From Mytilus trossulus (taxonomy: Eukaryota): a DNA stretch of 64,000 bases. How positions within the stretch are numbered: the first letter of the stretch is position 1; every line of letters starts with the position of its first letter. Positions 40,901 to 52,620 of the stretch are shown piece after piece. The position numbers were made by a program, and so were the translations under genes. Under the pieces are notes generated by a model. That model searched no databases, had not been told where the DNA came from, and was given only the letters and a program-made list of their open reading frames with translations. Location: the NCBI RefSeq assembly GCF_036588685.1, contig NC_086384.1:37572001-37636000 (forward strand). The letters are read 5' to 3'.

Positions 40901-43900
40901 CTGAACTGTTTGAGTGTTTGTCATAGTCATCCTTGAGGAGTTCCAAATCTGCTTTACAAGTAAAAGAGCTCTTATCTGATTCTTCATCATCTTGTGTATC
41001 TTTGTCATGTAATTGTGGGAGGCCTACAGATGTTTTCTTGATGTCTTCTTGCAAGTCAACTTCTGTCCAAACTATTTTGTGTGCAATTTGACCGTTGTGT
41101 CTCTCTGATTTTTCAATTGCTCTAATCGTAAAGTCCTTGACCTCAGCCACTACTATACCATCAGGTTGAAGTAAAAGTAGGTTATACAAAATTTCATCCT
41201 TAGAAAATGATGTAAGATTCATGTATGCTAACATATTTTTTTCTGGGGATCGTCTCAAAATAAGTTTCTTAAATCCTGCAGGAAGTAGTTGTCCAGAAGG
41301 TCGTTCCTCCATCAATTCAAAAATGATTCCAGGTGTTTGTAAAAGGCCATCGAGGATTGCTGGGTGAATGTTTGTTGTATTCAAATCTTTGATCAGCAAG
41401 TCTGACAAGGTCACATTAACAAGGCATTCAGTTCTATTTTTATATCCATCACCAAGTATCTGTAGGTCATCACCGTATGAAAAGCCAAGTGTTTTCAATG
41501 TTTCATATGTCTGGTCTTTTGGATGAAATATTTTACATCTTTCTTTTATCTTCTGAATATCAACAAAATTTACCTTTACATCTTCCTTGATAATTCTTGA
41601 TGTTCCCTTTGCTATGATGTCATTTCCTGTTTGTATCGTAAAGGTCATGCTCTCCAATGGCTCTAACGACTTTAGCATTACAAAGGCTTCACAAGGGCTG
41701 CCTGGTGATAAACGGAGAGGTCTTTGAAAATCAACTCCTATTTCGAGATTAAAAGGTGATTGTTGTAGCAGACTTTTACTAGCTTCTATTGCCACTTCAG
41801 CATACAAAGCTCCGGGAACTAAAATATTTCCTGCTACGTTGTGCTCATAAACATAAGGAGTAGAGGTGGTACTGATGTCTATTTTGAAAGGTGTATTATC
41901 GTCGGACTGTCGTTTTACGAATGGATGAGCTGATGCCAATTTTCCTCGACCTTGTTTTCTAAGTTTTGTGCTGTCGGCTTCAAATAACGATTTCATTCTG
42001 TTCGGTATGTACTTTGGTATATCAGATATTACAGCAGTGTACGGATTAATTCGTTCCATTTCAGGATTAACACCATTTTTGTAGAATTCTCCAAGTGAAT
42101 CCATTATGCAGGATGATTCTGAATTCACGTTCATAGAGGGCAAGCTTATTGCCTTTCCTTCTGCGAAACTATCACTCAAATGTGTTCTTAGAACAGGCTT
42201 TGGGCCAATTTCGACAAATATATTTATAGTATTAAGTAAGCCAGCATTTCGGACCGCTTTTTGAAACATAACAGGTTTCCTGACATTTTCCCTCCAATAA
42301 GAAGCCGTAACAAATTGTTCATCAGTGGCTACTTCACCAGTCACAGTCGAAAATAATTTCGTTGTAGGTGTTGTACCAGTTAACCCGTTGAGGGCATTTT
42401 CTAGATCAATGCTTGACTTTTCCGTATGATGACTGTGATAGGCACATTTAACATGAAGTGGTCGTAAGAAAATGGGCTCGTCTTCTTCTTCACTTTTCTT
42501 TTTCAGCTTTTGCATTACTTCATTGACGATATCAGTATCACCGGATACGGTTGAAGATTTAGAACTATTGTACACGGCAATGTTTATTTTTCCATCATAC
42601 TCCTGACATAACTCGTCTACCATCTCTGTGTTGCTACTGCCAACCACAAACATGGACCCTCCTGTTGCCTTTGATAAGATTGACGATCTATGATATATGA
42701 CCTTGACAGCATCTTCAAGAGATAGACAACCTGCAGCATATGCAGCGGCCACTTCTCCGACGGACTGCCCCAATACAACTTTCGGTACTATACCATAATA
42801 CTTCCAGAGCTCTGTCAATCCAATTTGACAAGTAAAAATAGCCAGATGACCAACCAATGGTTCACTCAAGTCTGCTGCATCTTTCAATTTCTCATAAATG
42901 GACCATTTAGTATAAGGCTTCAATAGTTCGTCCACTTTTCTTACAGTTTCACTAAACACTGCTTCACTTTGCAAAAGTTCTTGACACATTCCAGTCCAGG
43001 TTGTTCCAACACCACAAAACACAAACACAACATTTGGCGGGTTCAAACCAGCTGGTCGAACACTTTCTATCGTTTTCAATTGTCCTTCTGCTTTTTGGCG
43101 GAGATCTTCCTTTGATTCACACACGAACGCAAGTCTGTACTTGAAGTGTTCTCGTCTGCAGGAACTTGTGTATGCAATACTCTTTAGGCTGTCTACGCAT
43201 GTGTCTTTCAGACAATTTATGAAATGTTGAAGACTATTTGTCAGGCCACCATTGTCCAGAGCTGACAGAAAGACAATGTATTTATCTTTGGTATCATCAT
43301 CGGTTTCTTGTACATCTTCTAATGGAAACTGTTTTATAATTGCGTGACTATTTGTACCTCCAAATCCAAAAGAGTTTACACAACTCATTCTTGTTCCGTC
43401 GTTTAACGTCGGCCAATCTTCAACAGCTATTGACACCGCCATGTTGTATTTTGGGAAATCAATCTTTGGGTTTGGTCGCTCAAAATGAAGAGATTTAACA
43501 GTTTTGCCATGCTTCATCATAAGAAGAACCTTAACGATTCCAGCAACCCCTGCTGCTGATTCCAAGTGACCAATGTTTGTTTTTACTGATCCTATTCTTA
43601 GTGCCTCTTTTCCTTCTTCTCTGTATTTAGAGAAAAATTCACCCAAACTGTTAGCCTCAATAGGATCTCCAACAGGTGTACCAGTTCCTACCAAAATAAA
43701 TATATCATCAGAAACATCCAAAAGGGACTTAGAATTCTCCAAAATACACCCTCTTTTTTAATCAAGCCCTTAGTGCAATATGTACATTCCTTTACACGGT
43801 AGTTGATGAAATGGTCAAATTATTTCAATAAATATATTCCAATACAAAAGTAACTGCGTAAATAATTTCATCGTACTGTTAGTCCGTTCCCTCGAAAATT

Positions 43901-46900
43901 TATATTTGATGAAAAGGAGACAGAAAGAAAAGAGAGGCGAACGATTCCAGAGGGTCATTTAAACTCATAGATTGAAAATAAACTGACAATGCCATGGACA
44001 AAAAAAAAACAAACAGATGAACACTGGTACACAAAACACAACAAAGGACACAAAAGATTGAGCAAGCATTCATTTGTTCAAATGAAAAAGAAATATAACT
44101 ACAATCAAATACTTGAATTAAACCTACTTCAGTAAGTATTCACAGGAATAACAAAGATAAAATACAAATTTCATCTTTACAAAAACAAAATAAAACTTGA
44201 GGGGGTTACACTACATATTCAGAACATAAGTAATTAATTAAGTACACCAATTAATGTATAGTTACCGTGAGCTTCTATATACTGCACCAAGTCTGGGCTG
44301 ACATTGTTCTTTTCGTAAACTTCTTGTAGCAGTTCTGTCTGCATCTGTATAGATGGCGCTGTAATTGGGGTCATTGTTCTACCATCTTGGTTACAACCTG
44401 TCGCTATGGTAGCCCATATTTTGTTACCATCAGCTCTTGCCTATAATAAAATATACATAATGTCACTAAAATTTAACATTGATACTAATCTGGTATTCAG
44501 AATGGATATGTACAGATTAAAACGAGACAAGGGGCTATATACTGTGTCAATATCTTAACGTTCCGAGTCTATGTACAAAGTTGTTAGCTGAAAACAAGTA
44601 GTACTTTAGAAAATTTGCCTTCAAATGATTCAAAGTACATGTATGATAAAGATGGTCTCCTTGTGACTTTTGGATGTAGAACAGCAAATAGCGGTATCCG
44701 CTGTCTATTTTGCTTTTTTGTTTACCGTGCATGTATAGATTCTGTGCCATTCCTGGAAAGCAAATCGATGAATTTATATCACGATAAAATCAAAACCATT
44801 CCTCGAAAATTCAACTTGAGGCAGGTACTGTATCATTTACTAAGTTATAAGTTATATTATCTATCCCTCTTGGTCCTTGAAACCTGCTGTAGAATACTTC
44901 TTAAAAAATCGACACCTATCTTAAATCAATATTGAATATATACTTACATCCTTGAGTGTTTTAAGAACAATGACGCCACCTCCTTCGCCTCTAATATATC
45001 CATCTGCTGTATCAGAAAAGGCTTGACACTGTCCTATGGGCGATACCATTCTTGCTTTTGACAGTGGAATAAGGATATCTGGATACAGAATACTATTGAC
45101 TCCCCCGCAGATTGCCATAGTACAATCACCTAACGAAAATATTTTCAAAATGATATTGTGGTTCAGAAACTGGATCGATATTCGGTGTTACAAAAAGAAA
45201 GTAAAATCTCAAAAATTCTTTAAAATAACTCCGTGGAAAATTACATCAAATTACAAAATCAAAACAATAAACACAACAAACGAATACACAACAACTGTCA
45301 TATTCCTGACTTGGTACAGGCATTACCAAAATGACGTCAACAGTTGTTGCCTTTTAACTTATTATCAATGCGCATCTCTTAACTTTGTTTTTTCTTTTTG
45401 GTTTGATTCATCAATGTGAAAGATTTTGAAAATTTGTCTCGACATTTACCATTCTCAAATATATAAAGACATATATGGTAACTCAACGGGACCTATACTT
45501 GATTTTCACTGCTGTTGTTCTCTGTTAGATAGTTATTATATCACTGGTATTTAAACCACATCTCCATACATAGACTTACCGCTTTTCAGAGCTTGTGATG
45601 CTAAGTGTATAGCAACCAGAGATGAACTACATGCGGTATCTATAGACATGGATGGACCAAGGAGGTTATAGACGTATGATATACGAGCAGCTATAATACT
45701 TGGAGCAGTCCCTGTCAGTGTGTAGTTACTAGCAACTGCTGGGTCTTCGGTAGCAGAACTTTTATAATCGTCATTCATTACTCCTGCAATTAACAATTGA
45801 TAATTTAAAGTAGTGTATATAACTGATCTTGTTATAACAAACTTTTAACAACACAAAATGTGTCCCCATGCCATCTGTAAAATAGAGAATAGATACGGGA
45901 AAAGTGTCAAAGAGAAATTAACCTGACTAAGGAGCACCAATACAGCGAACTGTCTTATTAACAGTTATTTATATTAGTTTAGACTGGTTCTTAATATGAC
46001 AAAGTGCATGGGCCACTGCTGAAGCAAAACACAATGATGAGTTGAAAGTAATATTCGAACGTTTTTACCAATATCTAAAATAAAAATATACCTAGTTGTA
46101 TCACTGTTTAGCTTAACAAAAGATTAAATGCAATTTAATGTAAATTTGAAAGCAAAAAGATTACATAAATTTGCGCTTTCTGCTAGCTCTTAATTGTTAA
46201 AAAATATATGTACCTTTAAAGGAAAACAACTCCTTCAAATGGATATTACATTACAGGATCGATTATGGACGCGGCAATTGACGGATTATCAAAAGTAACG
46301 TTGTATTGCACATAAGCTAAACATACATTGAAGGCCGTACGGTGACCTATAGTTGTTAATGATGTTTGTGTCATTTTGGTCTTTTGTGGATAGTTGTCTC
46401 ATTGGAAACCATACCACATCTTCTTTTTGTATATTGAGTTAGAGAGCAACCAATTAACTTCAAGGGGTTTTGTTTTTAAGTCTGAGTCAGAATTTATTTT
46501 TTCGATGCTATCAATCAAATTAATCATGTTTTCTCTACAAATTTTACACTTTAAGATATGAGGAAAATTTGGATTCAGTATAAATTGTTTTGTCATCTGC
46601 TTTTAATGCTCAACATACCAATGTAAACACCAGTCCGTGTTTCTTGAATATCTTTTCTCATTAAACCGCCATCTTCAAGTGCCATGTGAACACACTCTAG
46701 AATGTATCGCTGTTGAGGGTCCATTTTAGCTGCTTCCGGTTCGCTAATTCCGAACATTTTTGGATCAAACTCATCAAAGCTAAAAAAAAACAACCATATT
46801 TGTATTCTGTGAAACCGCTATCAATGAATTAATTGGTTTTTAATCACATATGTTTCTAACACGCGAATTTCTCCTTAATATTGGTGGCTAAAAATCGCTA

Positions 46901-49497
46901 TTAATGGTTAACTACTCAAATAACTAGGCTGAACCCGCAGTAAAGTAATAATTTTTTATGGTTTTAACTTTTTCATTTTAATGCTGCAATATCATTGCTT
47001 GTTGTTGTTAATTTAAGTCACAACTTTTTCTAGACAATTCCTCGATAAGGGTTTATTCTGTGCATTACACCCAGTCTGAAAAATCATCATACACCCTTAT
47101 AATAACAAATCCACACTACTTGTAAATAATTTTATACATACAACTGTTCAACGATATTGAGTATTCAAGACCCATAAAAAGTTAAAACAAAACAACTCAT
47201 GTATATGCAAAACCCTCTAAAATTTGCAGACTATGCAGGCACTATGTAATACCTTGAATTTAATCATCAATTATACTTGATTAAATTTTACGTTTTTCTT
47301 TGAAAAATCAAATAAATCCTTAAAAAAATCAGCACTGCTATTTAGAGTTTTCTGAAAATTTCTATTGAATCGTAACAATGTCTATCGGCATCTCAAGAAA
47401 ACAAAATTGAGAATGGAAATAGGGAATTGTCATAAAGACAACAACCCGACCAAAGAGCAGAAACCCAACAATGGGTCTTCATGATAGCGAGAAATTCCCG
47501 CACCCAGAGTTGTGCTTTAGATGGCCCCTAAATAAAAAAAATTACTAGTTCAGTGATAATGTAAGTATGATAATATACATACTTTGATAAAAATCCACCT
47601 CTGCGGACATATGTTTTACCAGGTTCGTCGTAATCTGCAGAATAGTATTCTTCAACATTCCATCTTTCTGGCGGGATTTCTACCACATGGTTCTCTCCAT
47701 TCACCAGAACCCGCCAAAAATCATCAACAGTTTCCGCGCCAGGAAATTTTCCACCCACACCGACTATAGCAATGGCGTTATCTAGATCTAAACCGGATCT
47801 AGAGAAAAAAATATGTTCAAATGTAAATACAAAAATAAAGAACATAAAAACTTTAATTTTGACCGAAAAAATGAGATGCAATTGTCCTGGAAATACAATT
47901 ATCTATTCCAGAATACATTTAATTTTATGTTTTCCAAAATTTAAGCCTCATTTTCATAGGTATGCTGCTCCTTGCAAGGCAATATATTTCCTGCACGCTT
48001 TGCACCATAATATTAATAAATGATATCAATATATATTGATGTAACTTACTCTTTATCTGGTTCAATATTTATCCTTCTTGACTTAAATTGAGGTAACTGG
48101 TCCATAGGATTTACGTCTTTTCCTTGCGGTCCCATTTCATCAACCTTATCACCCATCCACTCTCGGGCTTCCTCCATTAATGCTTTACTATCCTCATCGT
48201 CCATGAATCCCCCCTGTTAATAAAAGAAAATCAAAATATCTAAGTATTGGTTGTTTGCTTTGTGCATTTTAACTTTCTTTGATATATAGTAACAAATCTA
48301 GAAGTCTTAGGTCTAAAATTAAGAATAATCATATTCTGTAAGCTACCGAACATTTTGATTTAAAATCCTTCTTATTTCTACAACATTTCTGAATATTTAC
48401 ATTCATATCTGCCAAAAACGTATAGACAAAAGTTAGTTTCAAAACACAGAATTAGTTTTTTCCCATGAATATGAAGTATATACTATACATTTTCTTTTGG
48501 AAAATAAAAAAAATCCCAAACATTTCGATAGTTCAGTAGCAAATAAATATAACTGCATGCACCGAGATGTTCTTTCTTAAATTAAATATTAAATCAGCGA
48601 ATGTGTCCGATTGAAGGACATCTTTAAGAGTTTATTTAAAATGTGTTTGTGCATCTTTACTGCAATAAATATATTAACACGTGTAAAGAAAAAGGAAACG
48701 AGTTTGTATGAATATCTTTTCAAACAAATAATTATCTATAGACGTTAGAAGTATGCTTTTGGTTATTTAGACTTTCAGTCAATGAGATATGGAATATATA
48801 TAATATATATATACTCATTCTTTCTTGTAAAAATAAGATTGTCTAGCCGTACCTTTGAAACTATACAATTTAAGTCTTCTGAAAAGACTACACCGAACAG
48901 CTGTAGACATTTAGACGAAGTTTTATAGAGATATTGGTATTTATTAAAAGTTGAAACGTTTAAACCCGCTGCATTTGTTTGCACCTGATACAAGTCTGGA
49001 ATCTGATGTACAGTACTTGTCGTTTGTTGATGTCATTTATAAATTTTTCTCGTTTCTCGGTTATTTTTATATAGATAAGACCGTTGCCTTCACCGTTTGA
49101 ATGGTTATACACATGTCATTTTTGTTATAACTTGCTGTTCGGTGTAATCCAAAGCTCCGAGTTGGTTACCGTACCTTTAATAGTTATAATACCTATAATA
49201 GTTACTTTTATAAACTGTGACTAGTATTGCGAGTTGTCTCATTGGCACTCATACCACTTCTTCTTATATCTATATATTATCGATTATTGTATTTTTTTAA
49301 ATAACTTGTACATTTATCGAGTTTTTATTGAACAATTGTTGGGTTCTGTCTTATTGGTAATCACCCTTTTTAACCACACGCGGTTTAAGTTTTGTAGTGT
49401 ATTGCAGACAATACTGAAAACATACCATTTGGCTTCCTCCAGGGCCTCCAGGGCCGCCCATCGGGCCTCCCATCTGGCCGTGGCCTCCTTGCATCAT
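34656..49497 (-). CDS. Spliced type I (probably iterative) polyketide synthase, KS-AT-DH-psiKR-ER0-KR-ACP-C-PH, ~2862 aa; join(49497-49426,48213-48050,47798-47583,46779-46619,45783-45580,45129-44948,44440-44266,43687-36695,36295-36134,34915-34656)
   Basis: All 9 introns are GT..AG with matching phases (0,2,2,1,1,0,1,1,1); total 8589 nt is divisible by 3. Motifs: KS DTACSSS/EAHGTGT/NIGHLE; AT GQSVGE/AYHS; DH HNVAGNILVP and HPAILD; KR GGMTGLG/LDD/NYGAAN; ACP GVDS; C-domain NHLALD; PH C-terminal RTYVFKT..MQWW. Confidence 0.9.
36134..36295 (-). CDS. PKS exon 9, N-terminal half of a PH-like domain (VFMKQTKKGWDHEVYLFLGSEDEKFIKWGTKPHKMDRRIAYTDITDIRMVDMN)
   Basis: tttttttgcAG acceptor, AATG|GTAAGC donor, 162 nt, symmetric phase 1-1, stop-free. 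Confidence 0.82.
36695..43687 (-). CDS. PKS exon 8 (6993 nt): KS C-terminus (to ~43330), AT (~43040-42040), DH (~41930-41090), acidic linker, psiKR, degenerate ER (~40100-39250), KR (~39190-38480), ACP (~38340-38090), condensation domain (~38030-36760)
   Basis: 2352-aa ORF in the track. The true exon start is ttttggtAG|GA ACT GGT; a strong donor TCAA|GTGAGT at 36695 lies just before the in-frame TGA. Confidence 0.95.
44266..44440 (-). CDS. PKS exon 7, KS (ARADGNKIWA..NQDGRTMTPITAPS..YIEAHG); absent from the ORF track
   Basis: Hand translation gives NQDG, ITAPS and YIEAH; splicing to exon 8 rebuilds EAHGTGT; tatAG acceptor, CACG|GTAAC donor. Confidence 0.94.
44948..45129 (-). CDS. PKS exon 6, KS (CQAFSDTADGYIRGEGGG)
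   Basis: KS GY.RGEG motif; ttcgttAG acceptor, GAT|GTAAGT donor. Confidence 0.94.
45580..45783 (-). CDS. PKS exon 5, KS catalytic Cys (GPSMSIDTACSSSLVA)
   Basis: DTACSSS motif; ttgcAG acceptor, G|GTAAGT donor. Confidence 0.95.
46619..46779 (-). CDS. PKS exon 4, KS (FDPKMFGISEPEAAKMDPQQR..TGVYIG)
   Basis: KS DPQQR motif; poly-T AG acceptor, G|GTATGT donor. Confidence 0.94.
47583..47798 (-). CDS. PKS exon 3, KS N-terminus (IAIVGVGGKFPGA..FWRVL..IPPERW..GGFL)
   Basis: Canonical KS start motifs; ttttttctctAG acceptor, AA|GTATGT donor. Confidence 0.93.
48050..48213 (-). CDS. PKS coding exon 2 (GGFMDDEDSKALMEEAREWMGDKVDEMGPQGKDVNPMDQLPQFKSRRINIEPDK)
   Basis: Acceptor ttttcttttattaacAG, donor GA|GTAAGT; open frame; phase 2 joins the first KS exon (GA+A=Glu). 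Confidence 0.8.
49426..49497 (-). CDS. PKS coding exon 1 (MMQGGHGQMGGPMGGPGGPGGSQM); the exon including UTR runs 49538-49426
   Basis: Acceptor tattttcAG at 49540-49539, ATG ATG at 49497, donor ATG|GTATGT. GC-rich island in AT-rich DNA; phase 0 matches the next exon. Confidence 0.7.
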
Positions 49498-51735
49498 ATT
49501 GACCGCTAAACACTCAGGTTATACGGTACTTTATGAGCCTGAAAATAGTGAATAGTGTTATGACATTGTAACGTGCGCAAGTCAAAGTATTGAAAATATT
49601 TCTTGTATTTATTCTTTGCTTACGCTTTTTTCTTATTTCAATTACACATGAGGTACACGTATACAAGACTGTTATTTTCAGTTGTGTTTCAATTTAAGCC
49701 TAAAACATAATTGAACAATCCTGAAGGTATATTTCCTCCAAATTCAATAAATATATGTTTAATTATGTCTTGTAAGTTTTACCCGTGATCGGGATTCCAG
49801 AACGTATTTTGTTTATTAAATCAAAATGAAGACCTTGTGTACTTTCTTTCAATGTAAAATAATAACCTGTTCGGAAACTTTTCATAAAATTTCAAATCTC
49901 TTCACAACTTGTAAGAAAGATATATTTATATTTCAAATGTATAATAAATAAATAAATATCATTTTCATCTTTTGATAAAAAATTACCCGTTTCAAAGTTG
50001 CTTGTCTCCCTTCGTCTGGGTTATGAATTTGAAAATGAAAAACGACAATTTCTTAGTGTATGACCTGAAAAAGACTCGTCTCTATTTTTATTTTTATATA
50101 TTTTACTCTTTTGTTTACATTTTAGCCCATAATTTGAAATAAAAAGCACAGAGAAAATGGAAAAATCAAAAAAAAAAATCGGGTAAAACAATGAAACAGA
50201 CTTCATATTATACGTGAAACACTAAATGTGAAACAATAAGGATAGATGACCTTGATTGTGTAACGTGAAATCTGCCCCGAGGAGTTACACAATTAATTTT
50301 TGAGACATATTATATATAACTTACATACTTACACACAGGTGATGTAGTCATATTTTACGGTATTAAATAGGTTGTACTCATTCTGAATAGTATATTTATT
50401 ATCCTGCGTTCTGACAGATAATTAGGGATTTGTTATTTATTGGAAAATATCATTCTGTATATACAGTTGTACCAGACATAATAATATTAACCGCTGGACA
50501 TTCGGAAAACATAACAAAAGAGGGGGGGGAAAGGGTCGGCTGCCGCCAACAATAGCCAGAGCTGCTGAGAAAAAAATGCATATATATTTTTTAAATTTCA
50601 ATAAAACAACGACGGTAACGCTATTTGCATGGACGTTTCTGTTATACACAATGATTTTGATGGGAAGGCGGGGTAAACCCGTATGAGGGATCCGGGTCCC
50701 CTTATGGTGCTACATGTACATCATCAGTGTATGATGTAAACGCATAGAACTTTTACAAGTGACATTCCTAACAATGGCTTAACAGCCACCTTTTTTGAAA
50801 ATTATTGATCCTTACCTTACTGCGTATCTTACATTGAAGTAGGATTTAATGAAATCAAATGTATACCTGGAATGAAAATCTCGGATTACAAAATTCCGAT
50901 TTTGTTGTGTCTCGTGATTTGGGTGTCATAATGTAACCAAGAATCAGTGATGTTGGAGTAGACTGAAAATGGGAGGGGCCAACTTTTAATAGTTCCTAGC
51001 TAGTCAAGAAGGCCTTCGTATATGGTCTTGTAGTCTTAGTGAGTCAGTGCCCGCTTGAATTTTCGATAATTATTTCTTCATCTCAAATTTGAGGTAAAGC
51101 ATTATTCTTTCGACAGAACCACTCCAAACTCAAACTCAACACAACACACCAGCTTCTTTGCATTATGAAGGGTTGCTATAAAAATGAGGTTTTAAAGAAA
51201 CGGATACAGACAAACATTTTGGCTTACAGAAAATCATTTTAACTGATACTTCTTTAAAATCATACACATAATGAATGCATTTAGATATTCAAAAATCCAA
51301 TTTGTTTCTAAACATCAAAACTTAATTAATGCAAACATAAATTTATTTAGGAATTAGACTTGATATTAAGTGAAATCGGAACCTAAACAAATAATATTTA
51401 ACAAGTATTCAATTTGACTTTTTTTGTCTATTCTCAAAAATTAAGGATGCCATTGAAATTCAAGCCTCGTCCCTTCAGTTATATAAAATACTTTGCCAAT
51501 TTAAAGCTTGTAAATTTATATTAGAATATATATATCTAAGTAAATACTAATGACCTTGATTCTTTACAAAATAGCTTGCTGCAAGTGAACGCAGGACCAA
51601 ACATTTAAAAAGGCCGACAAAAATCGTGTTTTAAAAGTATACACATGTATACATTTTAACGAGGATAAAAGGGGAAACTATATTTTGCTGTTGTAAACTT
51701 AGTCTGTAGACTTTAGTGCTGAGTTCACACATATA

Positions 51736-52097
51736 CTAGTCAACAAAAGAAACGATACACGACCTTGAAATTAAATGTATCAAAAAGTATTAAATATAAA
51801 ACAAAATGAGATGCACTATTTTAAAAAGCTTTCATTTGCAATGTATGCACATGTGATAATGAAAATCAAAACTTATCGGAAGGTTTCAAAATTCCGTTTG
51901 AACGGTCATAGCGGTCTTTACTTTATTTTTGTAAAATAAAAAAAAATCGCGAAAAAAACGTCACAAAAGCAAATTTTTTTTTTAAACAGCTTTATATTTC
52001 CATAATGATTAAGTGTTACTACGTTCAATATTGGTCCAATGAACGCAAAAACTTTAATTTGAAAAAAAAGTCTTGTATCGTTTCTTTTGTTGACTAG
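51736..52097. mobile_element. Tc1/mariner-type MITE
   Basis: Perfect >=24-bp TIR CTAGTCAACAAAAGAAACGATACA flanked by TA on both sides. Confidence 0.8.
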
Positions 52098-52489
52098 TAT
52101 AATTCGATTTAAATGTTATGTTCATGTGTTCATGTTTAGAATAGAGAACATTCAACATTATTTATGACTTGATAATGTTCTAACAAATTCAATTAAAGCA
52201 AGCACGACATCATATTATATACATATATTTTTTAAAACTTAAAATGAAGATTATTTGTAAAATTTACAATGGGTGGCTTCTTATGTTTTTGTATAAAAGA
52301 TATAAAAGAAATAAATACAATGAAGATGTGTTTTGCTTTTGGAAAATAAAATAAATAAAATAAATACAATGATGCACTGTTTAGATTTTAGTAAATAAAA
52401 TACATAAAATAGCTGTTTAGATTTTAGTAAATTAAATGAATAAATAGCTGTTTAGATTTTGCTATGAAATAAATAACATGTGTTCTTAC

Positions 52490-52521
52490 CTTTCGTAAGT
52501 TTACTGGTTATTGACAGTACG
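52490..52521 (-). other. Candidate 32-nt non-coding 5'UTR micro-exon of the PKS
   Basis: ttttttgttAG acceptor and AAG|GTAAGA donor on the minus strand. Confidence 0.45.
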
Positions 52522-52620
52522 CTAACAAAAAATGCACATTTATTTTATTAAATAACTGCATGCCTCACCAGATCTAGGACGAAAGGTGTTTTAAATAATT
52601 AGCACAGTTTTGCTTATGCA

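Noticed and set aside
37339-41008. Plus-strand and alternative-frame ORFs overlapping the PKS exon
   Set aside because: Antisense or shadow ORFs of a long coding exon, with no recognisable motifs.
43688-43742. N-terminus MENSKSLLDVSDDIFILV of the 2352-aa ORF
   Set aside because: Intronic read-through; the KS motif EAHGTGT is only rebuilt by splicing 44266->43687.
34656-49497. PKS as bacterial contamination, canonical FASN, or a full PKS-NRPS hybrid
   Set aside because: Spliceosomal introns containing host repeats rule out contamination. No TE, a dead ER and a DPQQR-type KS argue against FASN. There is no adenylation domain or PCP.
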